From Ginkgo biloba (lineage: Eukaryota > Plantae > Ginkgophyta): a stretch of DNA of 19,137 bases. Position numbers and translations under genes: made by a program. Below are positions 9,299 to 18,228 of the stretch, one piece after another; position 1 is the first letter of the stretch; the number at the start of each line of letters is the position of its first letter. The stretch covers positions 120,878,959 to 120,898,095 of the forward strand of contig JANKJI020000004.1 of assembly GCA_024626585.2 (NCBI GenBank), in the 5' to 3' direction. The notes below the pieces were generated by a model that searched no databases, was not told the origin of the DNA, and worked only from the letters and a program-made list of their open reading frames with translations.

Positions 9299-9310
9299 GG
9301 AAAAAAGATG
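9299..9310 (+). pseudogene. Pseudogene exon 9, 12-nt microexon: EKR(W/C)
   Basis: Branch-like cattaac at ~9270-9276, acceptor ccttttactcctag|, donor TG|gtatgt. Confidence 0.5.
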
Positions 9311-9470
9311 GTATGTTGTATTAAGTCAAATTATACAAAGAAATCTAACAAGAGATCGCCACCCAACATGATGACTTATTCAGCTTATCAAGTATTTAAG
9401 AAATTATTTTTGTTGTTAAATCTTGAAGCATAATATAAAAGATTGTCCTCTTATGAGGGGTTGGGGGGAG

Positions 9471-9501
9471 GAGAGAGAGAGAGAGAGAAGAAGAAGAAGA
9501 A
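9471..9501. repeat. Compound microsatellite (GA)9/(GAA)5
   Basis: gagagagagagagagagaagaagaagaagaa read directly. Confidence 0.95.
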
Positions 9502-9589
9502 AGAACTACATGAGACGACTTGATTAATCAAGTAAGGATATCTCCTCAAACCCCAATTTTAGTACTTAAAGGCATAACTAATTATTAAT

Positions 9590-10210
9590 GAAAGTGGATG
9601 GCATCAGGTGAAATCTAAAATGGAAAATAGCATAACTCTAAGTAATGTTGGATCCATAGTCATGGCTAAAAATGTGGTATTTTTCATGCTTTCTCATAAT
9701 AAAGGTAATGCTCATTATAATAAAATCCAATAAGAGGTGTTCTCAAAAGTTTATTAAAAATAATATTCCAAAGTTTAAAACCTATATAAGTATAGCCAAG
9801 TCACCTTTAATTAGTTAAATTATGATTAAAGGTGGTATAAAGACATGATTCTTAAGAAATACTTCGGAAGCTAAGGTGAAATATTAAAAAGTATTATTCA
9901 TACCCAAAATTCATTTGCTCTAATATCCAATGATGTCAAGGGAGATGGTGATGGTATGGATGTAAAAGTATCAATTGTTATATATGATTAACTACATATA
10001 TCAAAATGTAAGAGGCCTGACAAATCTCTATTAAATAAGCTTTATCAAGAGTTTGATAAATAAGTAAAAGAATCTAGATGTGCTTTATCTACAAGAAGTC
10101 AAATTGGTGGGTTTTAAACTCTAAACTACCATACCCTCCTTTATTGAGATAAGTGGACTCCTTCACCCCTCAATAATTGCTTGCTTAATAGAAGGCAGGG
10201 AGGACTTATG
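9590..10210 (+). mobile_element. L1-clade LINE relic: end of ORF1 and start of ORF2 (APE endonuclease)
   Basis: From ATG 9984: MINYIYQNVRGLTNLY*ISFIKSLINK*KNLDVLYLQEVKLVGFKL, containing the NVRGL and DxxxLQE(V/T)K endonuclease motifs. Upstream GWHQVKSK (9596) and TQNSFALI resemble ORF1 C-terminal motifs. Confidence 0.78.
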
Positions 10211-10520
10211 ATATAAAAACATATGAGAATCTTTCAAGTAAACTTGCACAAATCTAAGAAAGTATGGGATTTGATTATTAGACACTCCAAATAACTAAAT
10301 ACTAAACTAATTGAGCTCAATATTTTCTTAAAATTCACAATTAGAGAAGAATCATTTTTCCTTAATTTGGGAAGGTGAAAATACTATAGACAAATTCCAA
10401 GAATACTATGTATCATAATTNNNNNNNNNNNNNNNNNNNNNNNNNNNNNNNNNNNNNNNNNNNNNNNNNNNNNNNNNNNNNNNNNNNNNNNNNNNNNNNN
10501 NNNNNNNNNNNNNNNNNNNN

Positions 10521-12638
10521 TCAACAAACATATGCCATATCCTATCCTTCTTTGGTGTCGCTAATATTGGTACTACATATGAAATCAATCTCTCCTAAAT
10601 AAATCCCTTCGTCAATAACTCTTGCACTTGTCGATTCATCTCCTTATTCTCATGGGGACTTAGTTAGTATGCTACCTGATTCGACAATCTAGATCCTAGA
10701 ATCAAATTAATTTGGTGCATAATATCCCTATCAGGTGGTAACCTTGTTGGCAATTCCTTTGATGTGATATCCTTGTACTCTTCCAACAACCCTTTGGCCT
10801 CATCGGGTATTATCATCAGTGATGTTTCATCCTCTCTCTTTGCCATCAAGGCATAACAAGCACCGATGACTCTTACACTTTAAAGGAATTACTTTGATGA
10901 TAAGGTCACTTATGCTAATTCCCCTTGTCCTTGATTTAGTAACATAAACTTCCTCTCATCTTTGTCAATAGTGTATATTCCTCTCATCGTGTATGGCTTA
11001 TTAGTCAATTTTTCACATTCATCCCAATAACATATGACATGATCCTATTGGCAAGATGCCACACCATGCTTCATCTTGATAATTCCCAATTTGAAAGGAT
11101 ACCAAACATCTCTCTCACATAGTGATTTTGTGTCCTTTCTTAAACCAAGAGATATAATAAGGCATATCACATCACTAACACTGTAGTCTCAACTTCTAGA
11201 CCATCTCTGTCGACACCATATTTTCATAACTTCCACCATCAATTATCACCTTGCAACCTTTACCTTTAGATGTGCATCTTATCTAAAAAAATTATTTCCT
11301 CTACTCTCTTTTGGAATTCCACTTCCCTTCATCGATGAAACACTTCTTGTTAATTGTCAGAATACTGCATCCTTTGCATTTTGACTTCACCTGATCTCTT
11401 GTCGCTATATCCTTAGGACTCCATCTTCCCAACATCAAGGATTGGTGTGTCAATCTACCTCGATGCCTATCTCCCTCCTCCACTATCAACATCCACAATG
11501 TCATAGTTGCCATGAAACCTTCTGAATTCTCTACCAGTGCATGCTTTATCACTCCTCCTTCCTAGGCCAGGCTTTTTCTTAGCTCTTCTCATCTTGATTT
11601 ATCATCGACTCATTCTAGACACTTGAATGCTTGATGACCTTTAACTCCATATCTATAATAGGTGGTTGGCCTTCTCAAGGAATAACTTCCTCTGCTAATG
11701 CCTCATCCTCTTTGATATGCATTATCAACCTAACCCCTTATTCATTAAGTAAAAGTATCTCTTCTGGGTCTCATCAGTTGGTCATGTCGGTACCTTACTA
11801 TTCGATCATTTNNNNNNNNNNNNNNNNNNNNNNNNNNNNNNNNNNNNNNNNNNNNNNNNNNNNNNNNNNNNNNNNNNNNNNNNNNNNNNNNNNNNNNNNN
11901 NNNNNNNNNNNNNNNNNNNNNNNNNNNNNNNNNNNNNNNNNNNNNNNNNNNNNNNNNNNNNNNNNNNNNNNNNNNNNNNNNNNNNNNNNNNNNNNNNNNN
12001 NNNNNNNNNNNNNNNNNNNNNNNNNNNNNNNNNNNNNNNNNNNNNNNNNNNNNNNNNNNNNNNNNNNNNNNNNNNNNNNNNNNNNNNNNNNNNNNNNNNN
12101 NNNNNNNNNNNNNNNNNNNNNNNNNNNNNNNNNNNNNNNNNNNNNNNNNNNNNNNNNNNNNNNNNNNNNNNNNNNNNNNNNNNNNNNNNNNNNNNNNNNN
12201 NNNNNNNNNNNNNNNNNNNNNNNNNNNNNNNNNNNNNNNNNNNNNNNNNNNNNNNNNNNNNNNNNNNNNNNNNNNNNNNNNNNNNNNNNNNNNNNNNNNN
12301 NNNNNNNNNNNNNNNNNNNNNNNNNNNNNNNNNNNNNNNNNNNNNNNNNNNNNNNNNNNNNNNNNNNNNNNNNNNNNNNNNNNNNNNNNNNNNNNNNNNN
12401 NNNNNNNNNNNNNNNNNCCTCCCTTTTTTTCTCTCCGTAACTCCATTAATATGACATCTAAATTCTCTAGCCTTTATTTTTCTTGACCATCTCTCTTTGC
12501 CTATAATTCCAATTCATTATCACTTTTAGGCCTCAATCTCCTTAGTTCATTCTCCAACTCTTTAATTTGCCTTTTCAAGGTTTTCAAGTCTTTACCAACT
12601 ATGTTTCTCCCTTTATCTCTGGCTATCCTTGGGGCCAT
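10521..12638 (-). pseudogene. gag-pol polyprotein relic of the gypsy element
   Basis: MAPRIARDKGR start at 12638; knuckle YYRYGVKGHQAFKC (11660-11619); protease CKVIIDGGSYENMVS (IDGGS 11243-11229); LLEEYKDITSKELPTRLPPDRDIMHQINLILGSRLSNQVAY*LSPHENKEMNRQVQELLTKGFI...PILATPKKDRIWHMFV at the RT N-terminus. Confidence 0.92.
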
Positions 12639-12790
12639 TCTCTAATTCTCTTACTATCGATAACTCCATGGATAGATTCACATTTCTTGATATCCCTTGA
12701 GTGATCTCTCCTTAAAATAACTCTATTACATCCACTGGTGCACATCAGTAGCTCCATTCCCAAAATGATATCTTCAATAAGCCAAGCCTA

Positions 12791-12803
12791 GGATTTGATA
12801 GCA
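12791..12803 (-). promoter_or_regulatory. Decayed tRNA-iMet primer-binding site
   Basis: TGCTATCAAATCC versus canonical TGGTATCAGAGCC (10/13), 2 nt from an LTR end reading ...GCATCA on minus. Confidence 0.75.
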
Positions 12804-12805
12804 GA

Positions 12806-13555
12806 TGATGCAACCACTCATCAGGGAAGTCACTTTCACTTGATGCGANNNNNNNNNNTCTCTTAAGATCTACTAGTGGAACTCTATTGGTTAAAGTTAA
12901 TAGAATGATTGTCAGTGGGCCAACAAACTAACTAGATTAAAAAATAATGATGGTTGGTGCACAAGCATACATCGATTAACTTCTTTAGCCTAATACGCAA
13001 AAGAATAAAATAACTACTACTCTTTATAAATAACAAATATATTCCTTTAAGTAATACAACCAACTCACCATCCTTACTCATAGCATTACAATTCTTACTC
13101 CCATAGAAGGGGGTTCAGGGTCTACACTAAATGAGGATTTCACACATATCCTTGGCTTCACCACTTGAGCCCTGCAGGTTCTCTCTATCTATGATGCACT
13201 AATAACTTCCCTTAGTCTACCTCATTATTGACGTTCAACCTAACTTCTTCCTTCATTGTTCCTCTCCTCCATTTATCCTTCTTTCCTTTGCTTCTCACCT
13301 TCTCTCTTATCACCTCCTTCTCTTTTCTCTCTTTCTTATCTCTCCTGCTAGGTGCTTGTGTCATTCATGATTGTTAAGTTTGAATTTACCTACTAGCCTC
13401 AAGATTTAAGTTCTCCCACTCCTGGATTCTTTACTATCATAGGTGCAATTACCTACTGCCATTAATGTTCAAGTTTAAAATTCCTTCTCTATGACTAGAT
13501 CTCCCTTCATTGGATAAAATGGCTCTTTGTCAGTCTACCATCATTGGTGTCTAAA
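12806..13555 (-). repeat. 5' LTR of the gypsy element (far boundary uncertain, possibly in the gap)
   Basis: CATCA terminus next to the PBS; non-coding, with a long purine-rich tract on minus (~13245-13345). Confidence 0.6.
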
Positions 13556-13655
13556 NNNNNNNNNNNNNNNNNNNNNNNNNNNNNNNNNNNNNNNNNNNNN
13601 NNNNNNNNNNNNNNNNNNNNNNNNNNNNNNNNNNNNNNNNNNNNNNNNNNNNNNN

Positions 13656-14412
13656 AAGATGGTGCCATGTGGCATCATCACAGGCCGCTTTGAATCTTAC
13701 TTTAAGTTGGTGTGAGGCCTATTTTTTTCATCTTATAGTGAACCATTTGAACTACCCATGGGAGGAGTCATAGGGGCACCCTATCGTACCCCTAGAAATC
13801 CACCTTGAGTTGGGGCATTGTTCCCTTTTATCCTTGTGTATAATACTACCGTAGACCCCAAGAGGCACAAGATCATACCATATGGCACAATCTTATGGCT
13901 CCAAGGTTTTGCACCACCTTGAGTCATCCCTAGAGCCTTACCATCACCACGAGGAAGGGGCTCATGAGATATTTTCATGTGGTGAGATCCTATGAGCTCC
14001 TCTTGGGATCTCGTTATATCTTTCTCATGGTAATTCATACCTTATGCTATAGAGTTCAAATCACCCCGATGGGCTAACACCTAACAAGCATCTGAGAGCC
14101 CAAGCTCGTGTCTCCTTTAAACCTTCTATTAACTTGGAACACCCTTCCATTATGATCTTGGGAGGTGNNNNNNNNNNNNNNNNNNNNNNNNNNNNNNNNN
14201 NNNNNNNNNNNNNNNNNNNNNNNNNNNNNNNNNNNGTCGAGGGGAGGGCCTCTAAATCTATGTCACATATCAGCATCTCATCGAATCTTAGGCTCATGAG
14301 GCTTTTCTCCCAAAATAAATAAGTATTGGGTCCTTATAATCTTATCTTGAATGCGAGGGATGAGGCAGCAATGGCCTACCACATGTTAAAACTTCACTAC
14401 ACATGCACATAA
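13656..14412. repeat. Palindrome-rich interspersed repeat, copy A
   Basis: Colinear with 16535-17399 (roughly 70% identity by eye), e.g. aagatggtgccatgtggcatcatc / aagatggtgtcatgtagcatcatc, and cgaggggagggcctctaaatct in both. Confidence 0.88.
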
Positions 14413-14809
14413 TTCCATCAAACACCCCATGAAGGCATTTTTTCATATAAAATAATAAAGCGATAATAAACAGAAAGATGCCATGCAACGAGAATGTGCT
14501 AAAACCTAGATTCTATCATTAACCTTCAAAGCGCTAAGTGTTCACACACGAGTCTAATAGTGCACTATTCTTTATAGGGAGACATGAAGACATCAGGGGA
14601 TAAATTTACTTATAGCACATGTGGGTGACTCAATAGGGGAGGATCCTTCTGAACTCAAGAACATAGAAGGGAGTCTGCGATAGATGAAATTATAAAGCTT
14701 AGGGTGAAGGGACACTAAAAATACCCAAGTAGACACTGAGTTTATACTCAGAATAGGGGGACCCGATTGACACTCAAGAAATTAGGGCATGCATGCAAGA
14801 GGGCACAAT

Positions 14810-16118
14810 TGATGCAGGAGCATCTGGCATTCACTGCATTAGAGGGCTGATGGGCATCAGCTAGAGAGTAACCGATGAGTGTCCACATGAGAAGTCACGA
14901 CATCGTCAACAAAACTAAAGAGAACTGACCTCGTCGGTGGATTGAAAATTGACTCTATCAGTGAAGGGAGAACCTGACATCCATCGGTAGAGTGTAAATC
15001 GATGTCGTTAATGGAGAAAATTGATGAGCATCTGATGGTAGAAGACTGACGACATTGACAGAGTAGCAAATCAACATACATTGGGAAAGGACAGATAGAC
15101 TTCGTCGGATAATAACAAACTAGCGTAAGGTAGCAAGGTAGAGACAAACCAACATGAGATAAGATTGACGAAGGGAAAGATCAACTCATGTCAGTGAGCC
15201 AAAGCACAATGATAGACATGGAGAAAAACATAGCGAAGAGGCACTTCTGTGAATTTTGTAGTCATTAATGGCATAGTTGTTGCAGAGTTACTGCTCCTAA
15301 CAGAGTCGTTGAAGCTGTAAGAGATGTGGAGCACAGGAACAGGGGATCCATTGAATCCATGCCTATAAATACAACATGCAAGAAGTCATTTAGGAGAGAT
15401 TTAGAGAGAGCAACAAAGTGTTGCTGGATTGAGGAGTGAATTGGAGATCAGTCAAATTAAGGCAACGCTAGGGAGATTTATTGGAGGTGACGAATATATC
15501 CGTTCAAAGGAGAAGAGTGAGGCTAGGGTGAAGGGAATTCTTCCTTGATAGTCATGGGGATATAAATTCACCAAGCAGATCGTCGAGAGAGGCAGCTCTT
15601 AGGGTGAACTATTTATTTTCGGTGACATTGTACCCGAGAAGTTGCATGCATGTTTATGGAGTAAGCATTATGAAGTTATGAGGCTCATTTGTAATGCCAA
15701 TGGGCGATTGTATCAGTCGTGGGCCATATGAATCTGAAGCCAATTGGTTGTATGCATGTAAGGGAAAAGGCCTAAAATTATATTTTTCATAATATAACTA
15801 GAGTTTTATTCCCCAAGAGGGTTTCTCTAGTTTAAAATCCCTATGTAAATTTCTCATTTCTATTGTATGGTTGTATANNNNNNNNNNNNNNNNNNNNNNN
15901 NNNNNNNNNNNNNNNNNNNNNNNNNNNNNNNNNNNNNNNNNNNNNNNNAAGACCAAAGTTAGCCTATGGGTAAGCACTGTTGTAGCATAAGCTTTCGTTG
16001 AAGCTTGCTGACTGCGTCAGTGAGTTATAGTGGACGTTTGATAAAGATCTTAGAATAAATTAGTGTAGGGTGGCATGTTGAGTAGGTTTCCCATTTGCCC
16101 CTATCCTATGCTATGTCA
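14810..16118 (+). mobile_element. 5' LTR (~1.3 kb including a 71-N gap) of an LTR retrotransposon
   Basis: Starts TGATG at 14810, the point where similarity with the 18229 copy begins, and ends TGTCA at 16118 just before a Met PBS. Both termini are CpG-decay products of TGACG...CGTCA. Internal TATA box. Confidence 0.75.
15364..15371 (+). promoter_or_regulatory. LTR TATA box (cc-TATAAATA)
   Basis: Mid-LTR position; TATAAAA lies at the equivalent position (18970-18976) in the related LTR. Confidence 0.55.
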
Positions 16119-16119
16119 G

Positions 16120-16130
16120 TGGTATCAGAG
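16120..16130 (+). promoter_or_regulatory. tRNA-iMet primer-binding site TGGTATCAGAG
   Basis: 11-nt exact match to the canonical plant Met PBS, 1 nt after the LTR-terminal CA. Confidence 0.9.
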
Positions 16131-16176
16131 AACATATTTCTATGCTAGAGAAGTGTGCAGAAGAAGTGACATCAAA

Positions 16177-16230
16177 ATGCCACCTAAAGGTTCGACCAAG
16201 TAGAAGGATGCCATCATACAGATGTTGGAG
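16177..16230 (+). pseudogene. gag N-terminus relic MPPKGSTK*KDAIIQMLE
   Basis: MPPK-type start 46 nt after the PBS; cut by a 100-N gap. Confidence 0.55.
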
Positions 16231-16330
16231 NNNNNNNNNNNNNNNNNNNNNNNNNNNNNNNNNNNNNNNNNNNNNNNNNNNNNNNNNNNNNNNNNNNNNN
16301 NNNNNNNNNNNNNNNNNNNNNNNNNNNNNN

Positions 16331-17399
16331 CAAGAGCTCATGTGATTTCACCATGTGGCATAATCAGGTGAGTCCTCAGGCTTACAAATCACTTGGTCTT
16401 ACCACCATATCCTCTATTTTATTGTGATCCTAGGGTGGCATGAGATCTTGACATATGTCACCCTCCTATAAGCCTAGTCTCATGGGCCTTTCTCACCTCC
16501 TTGCACTCTGAATTAGGAATGTGGAGGGCCCCCCAAGATGGTGTCATGTAGCATCATCGTGAGACCCTTTTAATCTTACTTTGAGTTGGGGTGAGGCCTC
16601 TTTTTCCCACCTTATAGTGAATCATTTAAATGCCTCAGTGGAGGATCCCTAGGGGGGCATCATATGGCACCTTGTTGTGCCCCTGTAAATCTACCTTGAG
16701 TTAGGTAACTCCTTCCTTTTCTCCTCGAGTGTAATACTATAATAGACCTAAGGAGGCACAAGATTGTATCACATGGCACAATCTCATGGCTCCTAGCTTA
16801 TGCACCATCTTGATTCATCCTCAAAGCCTTACCATCACCATGAGAAAGGAGCTTGTGAGATCCTTCCATATGGTGAGATCCCATGAGCTCCTCCTCATTG
16901 GTCTTTCCACCCTGCCTTGTTGTGAACCTTTACCACCCCATGGGAAAGAGATCAAAATATCTCACCATGTGGTAGGATCTCATAAGCTCTTTCTTGTGGG
17001 CCTTTGTACCTTACACTATGGGATTCAAATTGCCCCAAGGGGCCGACACCTATCACACATTTAAGAGCCTGAGATCGCACCTCCTTTAAACCTTGTGTTA
17101 ACTTGGAGTGCCCTGTGTCTATGATATTGAGAGGCATAAGATCATGCCACATGGTGCAATCTCATAGCTCCTGGGCTTACAGACCATTTTCACTTGGTTT
17201 AACTTTGGATTTAGAAATTACAGCGAGGGGAGGGCCTCTAAATCTTTGCCATATGTCAAAATCTAATTGAATATAAGGCTCATGGGACTTTGTTCCCAAA
17301 TTCACTAAGTGTCAAGTTCTTTTGATCTTCTCTTTAACGTGAGGGGTGAGGTAACAATGGCCCACCATGTGTCAAAACTATGCTACACCTACATACAAT
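16331..17399. repeat. Palindrome-rich interspersed repeat, copy B
   Basis: Homologous to 13656-14412 and carries an extra ~100-bp internal subunit (~16895-16993). Bounded by 100-N gaps on both sides. Confidence 0.88.
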
Positions 17400-17663
17400 N
17401 NNNNNNNNNNNNNNNNNNNNNNNNNNNNNNNNNNNNNNNNNNNNNNNNNNNNNNNNNNNNNNNNNNNNNNNNNNNNNNNNNNNNNNNNNNNNNNNNNNNA
17501 CAAATCGTGTCCCAATTAACTAAGTGAATTCTCTATTTCTCTTTCCCTCCCTTCAAAAAGGATCTCATGATTTTTTTGAAACTCTCCAAACTACTTTTAG
17601 AGTAGCAAAAAAGGAATATAAGAAAACTAGACAAGAGGCAAGCACATATTTGATTAGGGTTAA

Positions 17664-18228
17664 TGTTGATGAGGAATTGGTACACACCTTACAACAATGA
17701 TATTTGGGTGGAGACAATGGTGAGATCCATGTATCTCCACCTACACATTTTAGAGATCCTACTAGAGATAGAGCTCAAGGTACGAAAAAATTGGGTCGTG
17801 TAGACCAGATGAACAATGCAGGTCTTCCACCTACAAAGAGAGCCTCCCTAATGCTACTAGATATTTATAGTGGTCCCTAACTAAGTGCAGTCTAATTCAA
17901 ATAAAATTTTAAGAATGGGAAAGGGTAAGGCCAAAAAGAGAAAACTATATCAAACTCTAAATCAATCCAGGTCCAAAAAGGAATAGCATACACTCAAATA
18001 ATTACAACCTCTAGGCATCATCTGGTGATCTCCAAGAATAACCATAGTGCAATACACCACCATTGGAGAAAATAATAATTAGTAGCTTGATCTTGCAAGA
18101 GAGGATGCTCAATCTAGCACAAGCTCAAATTGACCTTACTGCATTCGAAGAGCCACATAAAATCTATATAGGGACAATAATCTATTTACCCTAGGCCATA
18201 GATTATCAATACACATCAAATACACCAC
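17664..18228. mobile_element. Possible LTR fragment interrupted by the 18229 LTR
   Basis: Begins TGTTGATG (LTR-like terminus), non-coding, with a minus-strand TATA-like cctatataga near 18163-18172. No second terminus or PBS seen. Confidence 0.3.

Larger units (their letters stand above)
1761..9310 (+). pseudogene. Multi-exon spliced pseudogene of unknown family (9 visible exons, ~345 codons, 21 in-frame stops, no frameshifts)
   Basis: Exons 1761/1779-1886, 2270-2414, 5716-5764, 5882-6101, 6249-6461, 7498-7599, 7680-7813, 9136-9186 and 9299-9310 are joined by GT-AG introns with AT-rich interiors and pyrimidine tracts. The chosen frame has plant-like codon usage (34/48 purine-start codons in exon 2; many GCT/GAT/GAA/GTT/CCT). 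The frame rests on codon pattern, not on absence of stops. Confidence 0.65.
10521..13555 (-). mobile_element. Ty3/gypsy LTR retrotransposon, 5' half (CRM-like), degenerate
   Basis: Order on minus strand: LTR, PBS, gag, zinc knuckle, protease, start of RT. Truncated at the 10421-10520 gap. Confidence 0.92.

Noticed and set aside
14796-14809. caagagggcacaat as a PPT before the 14810 LTR, implying a tandem element sharing an LTR
   Set aside because: The purine run is too short and there is no pol relic upstream.
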